A DNA stretch of 53,031 bases, filler included, from Trypethelium eluteriae (Eukaryota): the NCBI GenBank assembly GCA_051942245.1. It is 2 parts of 2 records of this genome, joined end to end, with 100 filler letters (N's around TTAATTAATTAA, not from the genome) between each part and the next. Parts side by side here need not be neighbours in the genome. Positions count along the whole stretch, not along the records: positions 26,628 to 53,031 come from JAVECL010000353.1; 1 more part is not named here. One strand, 5' to 3'. The notes below the pieces were generated by a model. That model ran no database searches. It worked only from the letters and a program-made list of their open reading frames with translations, and was not told where the DNA came from. Positions 34,944 to 46,408 of the stretch are shown one piece after another. The number at the start of each line of letters is the position of its first letter. Within the stretch, counting starts at the first letter, position 1. The translations under genes were made by a program, and so were the position numbers.

Positions 34944-36795
34944 GGCAGGATTTTGAAAGTGGGATGTGGAGGGACGGAAGGATTTTTCAATTTTTTGTTT
35001 TTTTGCTATTGAAAGCACAGTCATCTCTACGATATGCTATGCACCCCAACTTCCTAAATAAGCTGCAAATAAAATTGGTTGGCGTTCAGATGATCAAGGA
35101 AAAGGAAGGAGTGCATTGTAGTTACATTGCGTGATCGGATTTGTGATGCTACCGAGACTCTCCGTGTCAAGTCTATGGGTGTTGACTGTGTGATATTGTC
35201 TGGCCTGCAATGATAAGATCACGTGCGGGTAGGATGGTGACCGGAGCTCAAAGCCAATTGGAGTGAAGAGGCAAGCGCGTAGATTCACTACTCTGTATTC
35301 CCCTCTAACTTCCAGTGCCTCCTTACCTAACATTAAGCCTCCAGGCCAACCTCCATCCTAATAACAATCTGCCCACAGGCATTGTTCCTGACGTAGGTAC
35401 CTTACTTCTCGATGATCGAACTAAAAGGCGGCCTCGGGGAGGTAGGCAAGGCTTCCCGGATCAGGATCGTTTGGCTGTCATAGACGCGCCACTGCCGGTC
35501 TGTCGCCCTGGGTATTTCTATCGACGACAGTGAGCACGCAACACCCGGTGACCACTTTTTTTTTTCGAGGCTATAACCACTCTAGATTGCTGCCATGATC
35601 CTGGATCCCTCGCTCCACCTTGCTGTAGGGCCCCGCCTCTATCGATGACAGGAGATGCTCATTGCGCTCGGCGTCGCCTACTAGAGGCCGCCGGTGCGGC
35701 GGCAAACCTTTTCAGCTGCACTGCAATCCGAGAGACGCCAGGACCTTCACAGACGCCCCGAGCGTAAGTGAATCGGTTGGCAACTAGTGGACCTTCTCAG
35801 TCGGGAGCTGGGCGCAATCGATTCGTAAGGGCAGACGCTGTCTTTGCCTTTCTCAGCTTATTCCCCTTCTCTTGGCCCGCTCTTCTTCTGCCACGCAGAC
35901 TTATCCACCCAGCCCTATTTCCTGCCGGTATAAAACATGAACGTTCTTGTCCTTTGATCTGCGCCACATGGTCCCACAACTGCCGCCTAAGGCGTCAAAG
36001 CGCGCGGTAAGATCCTTCATGACCAAGCTCTCGGTTGACGTCGATGGGTATCGTGGACGGCATCGACCTTCTCTCAGACCAGCGCCTGACTCAAGCGTTC
36101 CGGGACTCCCAAGGCTCTCCGACGCTCTGTTAACGAGACGCCCCGAAACTCCAAGACAGCCTTCGAAACCAGTGCTTGTGGTAAGCTTATATCTAAGATC
36201 TCACCCAAGCGATTGCGAGAAGGATCTGTCAGCACTAGGAAGGGGCGCATGATCTCCTTTTCCATAACTGCGCGACATACATGCGCCAGGTGCAAATAGG
36301 CAAGAGGGGTCCGGCTTCAATTTCCGTGGGAAGCATCTTTCCTTGCCGTCCGAGTATCGGGGTCGTGCATTCTTGAGGCTCACCCGCGATCCGTGGTTAC
36401 TGAAAGAGGTAGGCTTGGAAGCTAACGATCCCATGCAAATACTTGACCCGAGGACCGGCAAGGTTTTTACCTTCCCTCGAGGATCAACTGCTGCCCAACG
36501 TGCTCGTGAGATCAAATAACCTTCCCTACTCCCCGCAATGTCGGAACTTAAGATCCTCAGCCTTATATGGGTTGAGCGTTCGGGTAAGCGCCGCAGGGGA
36601 AATGTCTGGTTCGTGTTTCACAGACTAGACAAAGGCATGTTCTGTCATTTGTAATGATAATAAAGTGGTTTCGCGTCAAGAATTGAAAAAGTCGACACAT
36701 TCCCTTCTCCTGAGAGAACTTGATAGTCCAAAAGGAGCTTATAAATTAGCTTACAACTCCAAGTCTGACTTGCAGGGACGATCTCTGCATGAACG

Positions 36796-37812
36796 ATGCC
36801 GCCGGACGGCTCTTCGATCAACGCCGTCAACACCCCGCAAATCTCTATACCACGTCAATTGGAGTCATTCTCATTATACGCCCCACCGAGCACTGATCTT
36901 CATCGTCAAACTCCAATCAATGACACGGTCACTGCGCCAATTCTGTACCTGACCCCCTCCCATCCATTTACTGGAGCCGAAGTCACCGTATCTGCAAAAT
37001 GGGAACTTGAATGGGATCAGGCGGGGCTTGTCATCTTCACAGGAGATGTGTGTAGCAGTAATGACCAAGCTACAACCCCATCCAGTGCTCCGCTGCACCC
37101 TGCAGCTCTGGAAGACCGTGATCAGGATCCATATGAAGAAGACCAAGCTCCACCTGCATATTCGGCCCCATCACGACACTCAAAGTGGGTCAAAGCAAGC
37201 CTTGAATTCACAAACAATGCTCTACACGCTACTTCCGTTTCTGCAACTCTCGATGGTGCGGACCTTGCGATAGCACCACTACCGCCTCCATATTACAACA
37301 CTCATCAGATGCAAAGTCAATTGTCCGGCACTCCCCGTTCTTTGTCTCCTTGGTCGTCTGACTATCCCGAACATAATTTCCTTCGCTCTAACAATTCTCC
37401 CCCGTACGCTTTGAACCAATACCGTGCTCGCGCACTAGCATCTGCTGCTGCAACTATCCCTGGTCGTACTGATCTCCGCCTCAAACTGGAACGCATAGGG
37501 TACGCGCTATGGGTCTGGTACGAAGACCCCTCGCCTCCTCCCTATTCGACGGAACTGAACTGGAAGAAACTCCGAGAGATATCCGGGTTCTTCTGGGGAA
37601 TCGAGGACAAGGAAATCAAAATCGGGGTCACTGCCAGCCGACCGGCAAATTTTGGTATGAGCGTCTGGGAAAGGGAGCACGGTGGTGCTGCGCTTAGTCA
37701 GACGTCGGCCGAGGGGTCTGCTGGTGAAGTGGAAGGATTGGACGGTGGAGATCCGGATCTAACTGCGAGAAGAGGATTGCTTGTGCACTTCGAGGATCTG
37801 GAGATCTGGTAA
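36796..37812 (+). CDS. DUF1349 / Ree1-like concanavalin-A-fold protein, 338 aa
   Basis: Long intronless ORF with the motifs WELEWDQAGLVIF, KWVKASLEF and WKKLREI typical of fungal DUF1349 proteins. Confidence 0.7.
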   Translation: MPPDGSSINAVNTPQISIPRQLESFSLYAPPSTDLHRQTPINDTVTAPILYLTPSHPFTGAEVTVSAKWELEWDQAGLVIFTGDVCSSNDQATTPSSAPLHPAALEDRDQDPYEEDQAPPAYSAPSRHSKWVKASLEFTNNALHATSVSATLDGADLAIAPLPPPYYNTHQMQSQLSGTPRSLSPWSSDYPEHNFLRSNNSPPYALNQYRARALASAAATIPGRTDLRLKLERIGYALWVWYEDPSPPPYSTELNWKKLREISGFFWGIEDKEIKIGVTASRPANFGMSVWEREHGGAALSQTSAEGSAGEVEGLDGGDPDLTARRGLLVHFEDLEIW

Positions 37813-38219
37813 GGCTGAGACCTATCGTTCAAATTGACATGTGAAGATCCACTTTCGTTACCCCCTGATGTTCCGGAACTCGGAAGAGTTCCTTCACCTC
37901 AGCCCGAGTTTAATGACTATTCCATTACGCATTTAATGCGCAAGCTTTATATTCGCATTCACTTCTCGCTATTCCTTCATTTGATTCACCTTTATGTCCA
38001 AGTGGCGAGCTTTTATGATATCAACATTACCTCCATCGTAGCACAACCATGAAGAGCTTTTTGAACATGTCCATCTTCCACTCTCAGAACTCCAGGTCAA
38101 CCGTTACAAAAATTCCGGGTGACCCTACCCCAAGCTTAATCTCTCGACCCCACGTCCCTACATTAGTCCTCTCAACCCTTCCCTCCTTCTTCTCCTTCCT
38201 CTTTCGCCCTCTCCCATCT

Positions 38220-38888
38220 TCACCCACCCCGTTCACGCGTCCTCCTCCCTGCCTTCCCCGCATACCTCGCCCCCCAAAACAGATCCCTCCTTCCCAACTC
38301 CTCTAGCGCTCCCTTCCCCACCTCTCCCTCCGCTGCCGGCACTCCCAAGCTCACGGAACCCCTCAGAGCAGAAAGATCCCCTGATTCGGCTGCTGCACAT
38401 AGCAGCTGCCCCCGTTGTGTGTGTGCCGCAGCCAGAATGCGCGCCTCTTCTGGGCCGATGGGCTCGTTAGTGGTGCGAGGGGTGGCGAGGGCGATGGCTT
38501 CTGCGAGATCAGACAGGATAGATCCTGTGAGGTGCTGCTGCTGATGTGACGAAAGAGGGGGTCCTTCGTGGGAGGGTTTGGAGTTGCTGGGGGCGAGGAA
38601 GAGATGAGTTGTGTTCGCACGAAGGAGGTAGAGCGAAGCACGGGTGGAGTGATGGGCTATGAGAGCGTCGAGTTGGCTTTTGGCTTTTTTGATGGTTTCT
38701 GGTGGGTATTGGGGGCTAGTGATGGTGGCGAGGATTTCGGACTCTATCTGCGAAAGGGGCGGTTGCCTGGTGGAGTGTCCCGGGGGATGTTCGGGTCTGG
38801 TAGTTGGAGACTGCTGGAGTTTGGTATTCAAAGGACTATTTGGAGCTTGCCGAGCATTCTCGTTCAAGCTCGTCGGTTCCAAAGCCAT
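38220..38888 (-). CDS. TPR protein, divergent TTC36-like, 222 aa
   Basis: Helical TPR-like segments RASLYLLRAN, LSDLAEAIALATP, ILAAAHTQRGQL and LEELGRRDLFWGARY resemble fungal TTC36 homologues. The usual C-terminal NPYA..C motif is not seen. Confidence 0.6.
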   Translation of the reverse strand: MALEPTSLNENARQAPNSPLNTKLQQSPTTRPEHPPGHSTRQPPLSQIESEILATITSPQYPPETIKKAKSQLDALIAHHSTRASLYLLRANTTHLFLAPSNSKPSHEGPPLSSHQQQHLTGSILSDLAEAIALATPRTTNEPIGPEEARILAAAHTQRGQLLCAAAESGDLSALRGSVSLGVPAAEGEVGKGALEELGRRDLFWGARYAGKAGRRTRERGG

Positions 38889-40351
38889 AATACAAACGCT
38901 GGGGTCCTTGAGGAACTACCTAGTTGGGGAGTAGAAAGTGCCATTTGATGGAAAGAACTAGCATTATAATCACTCTCGTGCTGCAGCCGCAAAGCGACTA
39001 CACATGCATCAGCTAACCTGATGGATATCTATCTTCCCAAAATATATGGTTTCCCATTGTTCTGGAATCGTGGTAGTGGGAAGATGCGAGCATATATGGC
39101 CGAAGCAAGCCGTGGCGTCGGCTACACTCGGTTTGCAGTCCCCTTCTCCTTACCACCTATTTTAGTCCCAACCAAGCCGCACTTTTGACTGGATTGTTAA
39201 CTGCGCGATGGTACGCCGTGGTAGTGGGTAGCCAGTTACGCTTGATTTTAGTGTAAAAGCCGACGAAGGCGACTTGATATGTTCCATAAGCCTCAGATGC
39301 AAGCAAATATCTGCTAATCTGCAGACAAAGCTGCTCTTCATCCCAGCCTCCACTTGCCAGCGTCTCTGATGATTATGTGTATCTTTGTTTACTGGTATTG
39401 GTGCCTCAAACAAGTCGTCCGTCCTTCTCGAACCCTTGGGCTTGCAATGCAGTGACGACGAAAGTCAGATTGTCTGTTCCGTGAGGATTCCGCTTGTCGC
39501 CTTACACAGTACGTGCGTTGGACATAGGCTGACGGTATTCATTTATTCACAAAGGGAGGGCATCGGAAGAATCTGGAGTTCTCATGTCAGAGCGCATGGC
39601 GGAACATCCATTAGCAGACGATCGAACAATGGTGGATGGATTACTGCTACGGAACCGAAGCAGAGTACAGGACATTCAGCTTTTACTCCGCCTCCTTTGC
39701 CTCGAAGTTGCTTGACCAGGTTTATGCGGAGGTTAGACATCCACAGGAGCCTGTCTTGCCTTTCGTACTCTATAGTACCCTGCATAATTCTTTTCAACTG
39801 CTTATAAATGAGTCATGCGACTTTCTGATGTGCCCACGACAAGGTTTCAGGTAGTTGAACGAGGTCCCATCTCGTATAGCAGATGGCGGATTTCCTAATT
39901 TCGTAATGCTCTCTATCGTTGTGCGAGGCTTTACTGACTAAGTCTGTCCGCTTCTAGGCCTTGATAGACGGGACCCACATCGTCAGTAGAGTAGGGTGTA
40001 ATAGTGTCCACCTTTCCCGCTACAGCACTAACTCCAGCCATTTTCAATGCAATCATTGCTGCAAATGCAGACTTCCAATGATCGTCTGACCGTCAGAACT
40101 GGAAGCACTATTCCTCTGGCTGACCGTGCTGTACGGGGATCAACCAAATGTCGTATGCTCCGACCTCGCTCGTCACCGGCTCCTTCAAACACCGTACGAA
40201 GGAAAAAAGGAAGATCCATGCGATCTGTTGTATGATGCTGAGGTACATGGCTAATGTTATATTACTGTAAGGGTATATTTGACCTTTTCAAATGCGGAAG
40301 CTCGATCATTCAGCGATAGATTGTCCTTCACTTGCTTTTGCGATCTCGTCC

Positions 40352-41457
40352 CTATCTCCGTTTCCTTGTCCAAGCGCGCACAAAATCTATCTTTTCTCTC
40401 ACGCCCAATCCCACTCTCTTCACTCTTCCCAGTCGGGCAAGCGCCTCTCCAATCTTGTCTAGCACTCTCTTCTCTTCCACACCTAATCCTTCCCCAGCTG
40501 TTATTCCATTTTCTAAGGTCGGGTCATCCGGAGCACTCTCCCCATTAATCTCAAGAGTCGCCTTCTCATCTGTAACAGCCGCAGAATTGTAGATACATTC
40601 TGCAATCCGCACCCGAATGCAATGCGTCGAACGCGAATTGAGGTTCCATAGAAACTTGAGATATTCCCCCGGCACCGGTGTTGTAATGTCCGGAGCTGTA
40701 TACCGCAGACTAACAGGAAATATTTTGGTCTCGGCCGGGGCAGAGAGCAGACTGAGACTGAAAGGGAGGATGGCGCGACCGTTGGTGGTGGTACACTCGG
40801 GAAAGACAACGACCGGTCGGTCGGGATGTTGCTGGAGAAGAGTGGAAAGGTCGACAACTGTGGCATTGCGAGGTGGATGAAGGGTGGGAGGAGCAAGCGC
40901 ATGGAGCATGGCTTGAAGAAGCGAGATCGGTTGGACAAGGCGATAACCGGGGTAGGAGGCTGTGAAGACGGGATCGAAGATCGCGGCTAGGTAGAGGGCA
41001 TCAAGAGGGGAGGTATGGGAGGAGGAGATGATGGTCCCAGGGCCGGGTACTCGTGTGGCAGTATGTTTTGCGAGCGAGCTGAGCATATTAGCATACGATC
41101 TTGGCGCATCTGGGTCAACATCTTCAATACCCTTTCTTGACTCCATCGATTTGTAGGTCAATCCACCATATTCCAGGTGTTCCTAGTATAAGCCATAATG
41201 CCGCCTTTTTGCCCAGAGATCCAATCGGGAGCCATTGAAAGATGAGGAAATAAGTAATGCTGACTGTCAAAAGTATTGGTATTCGCACGGCGAAGAGAAA
41301 AAGGTTCAGCGGGAGAAATGCGCCCGAGGGCTGCGTTGGCACGGGAAAGAAAGGCGCGATGCCAGAACCTTAAATCTCCATTAGCGAAAGAGTCCCAAGC
41401 ACGGTCTCTGTGATGCGTGTACTTACCTCTATCGCGATATTGGGAGTACTTTTCCAT
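40352..41457 (-). CDS. LOA1: Lysophosphatidic acid acyltransferase Loa1/Vps66, ~331 aa, 3 exons
   Basis: Exons 41457-41427, 41368-41131 and 41078-40352 join in frame. N-terminus MEKYSQYRDRG|SGIAPF, HxxxxD motif (SHTSPLD), VFPECTTTNG and C-terminal RVGLGVREK. Confidence 0.88.
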
Positions 41458-42016
41458 CTGTTATCTGACCTGGGAAGAAAGTGGTGTGGGCACGAGACAT
41501 GGAGGAAGAGGGAGTTCGAGTTACGCCGAAGCGAAGCTGCAAAGACAAATCATCAAGCAAGTTACGTCATGGACTTCTGTCAGCGTCCAGGACTGGATCA
41601 AAGTGAAGCCTATGTACCCATGGGACTGGGTCGTGGTCAATGGAGCTGAAATCGGGCTGTCGGTGTCGTTCACATGTCAACAGGTGGCTGAATTTCTAAG
41701 TCGAAGTTGGGGTCACAAAGACCAGGGTTTGTGGGCTTACTTATCATTTGATTAGGTGCAGGTGTATCGATGTGTCCGACGTCCAAGCTTTGGGCCACGC
41801 CAAGACTCAGTAAGTAGGGACGAGGTCCCGATGTGATTGGTTCTTTTAGCTTGCCCTGGCGCGCTTTTGTTTACTCTTCCAAACATCGTCACTACCACCT
41901 TCAGACAGGCCCATATCTACAAGCTTTACATGACGCCAATCTGCCCCACGATATGACTGCCGCCTTTCCAATTAACGTTCTCCAAACATCTCTTCACAAA
42001 CGGTCCGGGTGACGCC

Positions 42017-45000
42017 ATGGATTATAGCGAGAATGCGGTATAGTAGTCCTTTCATTGCAAAAACATGTTTGCATTGAGGCGAACCAATTCCCATTAGCTG
42101 ACACTTCCCTCCTTTAGTCGATGCGCGGGTCGCACCTTCGTCCACCATCCAGAATCACAGCCCCTGGAATGGGTTTGCACGAGATGTCGGCGTCTGACAA
42201 CAATGCCCGAACTGGGGGAGCATCTTCCATGATGCCTCCGCCAATGAAGCACAAACCCTCAGGATGTTTGTAAATTTCCAACGAAGTTCCTAGTTGGCGC
42301 GCTAATAGTCGAACAGTGCCTGAACCCGCTACAAAGCGCAAGACTCTCGTCGAACGGGCTGGGGAATCAACACAATCCAATCCTATTGCTCCACCGACAT
42401 CACGCTCAGTAAATTCGGCTGTGACGAACACAGCGCAAGCTGGACCTCGCAACACATCTTTCTCCTCCTCGATTTCCTCCAGCTCCTCCCGTAATCCATC
42501 TACTACTTCTCGAACCACCTCAGCCAGTTCCACTCGAAGTGTTGTTGGAAGCATTGGCCGCTCAGCAGGAAACCATCTACGTTCGCGCACTGCCATGCCG
42601 AACAACAGAGCTGCTCATTCATCAACAAATGGCACGACACGCCCAGCCACAGTCATTGGTGATCATGAAACGTCAGTATCGGATCAACCAGTGCTGGGCA
42701 AGCGAAAGGGTAGGATACCATCTTATATCTCCTCAGCAACACCAGACACACCGGGAAGCCTTCAATCTTTTGCACAACGTCAGCGTCACAGGAGTCAAGC
42801 CGTGGTCATCAGTTCCGGTCCTATCAGAAAACCTTCAATCCAACAGACATCAGCCCCAGCACAACAACAGCATGTACATCCCAGCAATCATTCGCGCCGG
42901 GAATTTTCTTTTACTTCTGCCTTCAACAACATGAATTTGGACTCGGATGATACACAGAAATACGATAGCATGTTCGATATCGAATCAACTCGGCAAAGCT
43001 CTAAGGCTACGTCAACCCCTTCACATATCCCCAGACTTGCTACAGCAACACCTAATCTCCTTGAACCGCCAACTCTCTTTCAGCCAACTTCCTTTCAATC
43101 ATTACAATCTCCTTCACCCCTATCAAAGCACTCGCGCAGTCAACAGTCCCGTTCTCCTTCCCCTACACGACAATTTTTGAACCGCTTTTCTAACACTGTG
43201 GCCCCTGCACCAGCATGGGATACCAAAGGTCGACTCGAAGACATGGAATCGCTCTACGCCCAGCTCAAAGGCCAGATGGATAGCACGACCTTCGAACGCA
43301 ACGGTCTAGAGGAGACCGTCAACTTGTACAAGACCAGACGTACGTCATCTCGTTTTCACTCTTATGACATTGATGAAAGAAGATCTGTGAAACCCGTACT
43401 AAACTAATTCGAAGCTGACTTATTCGTTGGTGCTTGTAGTCAACGAATTAGAAGAAATTCGAAAGCAACTAAGCTCATCAAATCACTCACTGAAGAGAGA
43501 TCTAGACGACACAAAGGTCAAGTTGTCGACTACTAACACAGCGCTTGATGATTCACGAAGGGCGCATACTCACGAAGTTGACGATTTAACTCGCAAGCAT
43601 AGAAACGAAATAGAAGACTCAAGCGATCGGCATCGAAAAGATCGAGAACGATTACGCAAAGAAGCGCAAGAGGAATTGGACGGCCTAGGAAAAGAGCACA
43701 GAGAAGAAATCGATAAACTGATCCGGCAGCACAAGGATGATCTCAATGAGCTCGAGAATCGCCTAAAAGCAGAGATCGAGGAGCAGCGGAGTCAGCGCTT
43801 GAAGGTAGTCCAGGACCTCAGCACTCAAATCGCTTTGCAGCAGCAAAGTACAGACATTAATATATCGAACAAAAATCGCGAAGCCCAGACTATCCGAGAA
43901 GATTTGAGTCGAACAGCTTCGGAGCTAGAGCAGGAGAGGGCTTTGAACGACAGCTTGAAGAAAAAGCTCGCTGAAGCTGGTATGTCTACGAATCTTACCG
44001 TCGAAGCGAAGTGGATCACATCTGACCTAGGATAGATGCTAATAATATTGCCATTGACACCTCAATGCGCACCATGAAGGCCAAGATCGATTTCCTCGAA
44101 TCTGACAATCAAGCACAATCTCAAGCTTTTGCAGACCTCAACCAAAAACTCCAGGATGCCATCAACTCTGCGAACGAGGCGCAAGAGAAGCTACGAGTGG
44201 AGGAAACGCTAAGACGAAAATTGCATAACCAAGTCCAAGAGCTCAAAGGCAACATTCGCGTTTTCTGTCGTGTCCGACCAACACTCGATGATACCGAAGC
44301 CGAAGCCAAGATGACCTTCCCCGACGCCGAATCTGACGGCCGCGAAGTGCAAGTCCAGGGCCCGGAGCAGAAGAGTGCTCTCGGCAAGATCACCACGGCC
44401 ACCAACTCCTTCGCCTTCGACAAAGTCTTCGACCCCACCTCCACCAACGCGACGGTCTTCGAAGAAATCAGCCAACTCGTGCAGTCGGCGCTCGACGGCT
44501 ACAACGTCTGCATCTTCTGCTACGGCCAGACCGGCTCCGGCAAAACCTTCACCATGAGCTCGTCCGACGGCATGATCCCGCGCACCGTGGCGCAGATCTA
44601 CTCGACGGCGCAGCGGCTGGAGGAGAAGGGCTGGCGCTACGAGATGTGCGGCAGCTTCGTCGAGGTCTACAACGAGACGCTGAACGACCTGCTCGGGCGG
44701 GCCGACGAGTTCGACCGCACCGATCGCCACAAGATCACGCACGACCTCGCCCGCGGCTCCACCGAGCTCAGCGGCGTGCACTCCGTGCTCCTCGATGGGC
44801 CGCAGAGTGTCGAGGATATGTTGGCTCAGGCGTCCAGGAATCGCAGCGTCGCGGCGACGAAGGCGAATGAGCGCAGTAGTCGCAGCCATAGCGTCTTCAT
44901 CTTGAAATTGATCGGGAGGAACGATGCGACGGGTGAGAAGAGCGAGGGCACGCTGAATCTGGTGGATTTGGCGGGGAGTGAGCGGTTGAGCCAGAGCGGG

Positions 45001-45371
45001 GCGGAGGGGGCGCGGCTAAAGGAGACGCAGAATATTAACAAGAGTTTGAGCTGCTTGGGGGATGTGATTGGAGCGCTAGGGCAGGGGAAGGAAGGGGGCC
45101 ATGTGCCGTATCGGAATAGCAAGGTAGGTGTTGAGAGGTCTGCTCTGCAGTGGTGGTGACGTTAATGATGATGCTGGATGAGCTGACGAGGTTACAGTTG
45201 ACCTACCTACTACAGCAGTCTCTCGGCGGCAACTCAAAGACACTTATGTTCGTCATGATCAGTCCGCTACAGGCGCATCTGAGTGAGACGTTGACGAGCT
45301 TGAAGTTCGCGACCAAGGTCCACAATACACATATTGGGACTGCGAAGCGGCAAGCCAAAGTCAAGGACTAA
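42017..45371 (+). CDS. klpA: Kinesin-14 C-terminal motor (KlpA/Kar3): ~997 aa with, or ~829 aa without, the candidate exitron 42710-43213
   Basis: Exons 42017-42037, 42118-42265, 42317-43339, 43440-43979, 44036-45123 and 45198-45371 join in frame. Coiled-coil stalk, neck RRKLHNQVQELKGNIRVFCRVRP, P-loop GQTGSGKT, NERSSRSH, DLAGSE and HVPYRNSK|LTYLL. Confidence 0.95.
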
Positions 45372-46408
45372 GGTAAGAGGGCTGCGGTTTTGGAAGTTTC
45401 TTGTAGCTATATTAGTCGCCTATGAACATAGCGGATCTTGGGGAATTTGTTATGTTGTGAAGTAGGGCGTCGATTGAGCTACAATGGTATTGTTTCTCGA
45501 GGGATGATGGGCATATTCCGATGCTTGATACGCATCATGGTTAGCATAGCTGGCATCTTGTCCATAGTACTCTACAGGCGAGTTGAGCACGGACCGGGAT
45601 GTTCATTGGCACAATATGCACCCGACTTGAGCAGAGGCGTTGTGATGGTCTTTCTGTCCTGGCACTCCAGTCGCCCAATACATACCTCCGATTTGAAGAT
45701 CTGAGCTTGCAATGCATTAGTGAATTTACCGGGACGCATGAGGCGTATCCACATGACAAGCCTTTTGTATCCTTAAGTATCGCTTCACTACCGGTCCCTC
45801 AGCTCCGGAGAACGAAAAGTGATACAAGGGAGCTCAGGAGCTGGAGCGTGACCATTTACCATGTATTTCCAGCCATCTTTCGTGTTCAAGGACAAGTTCG
45901 AATATTAGCACTCCATGATGTAGTAACAATTCGCCGTTGAAACAGTCATGCCACGACAGCTTTAAACTTCCGACAGAGTTTGAGCCTTGGAGGTAATTGT
46001 GCTCTATTTTGCTTGATGGAAAGAAACTATATCGTATAATGATGAGGTATCGAAGTTAATTACATTATCACATTTCACGGCTCCGTCGTGATTCTTCCCC
46101 TCTCACTGAGCTCCTGTTCAACCAAAAGGAAGGAACCCTATGGCCCCTTTTTGCTTCGTCACAGTATCTGACAATACCACCAGAGACAGATATAGGCTTT
46201 CGCGATCCAACGAAACGCATCCAATTGCCATCCGCCCCGCTTGCGTTGGCCAATACGGCTACCCTATCTGAAAAGAGGTACTTGTCTTCTCCAGGCGACT
46301 CCCTAACGCCTTCTGTACTGAGACTTACTGCTGTGACTTAAATCTACTCGGACTTTACTCAAAGCAATGAATGATTGATCTGGAAGCGTCTCTACTATGA
46401 GGAGCTAA

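Noticed and set aside
44209..44889. 226-aa antisense ORF over the kinesin motor domain
   Set aside because: Shadow of C/G-ending codon bias in klpA.
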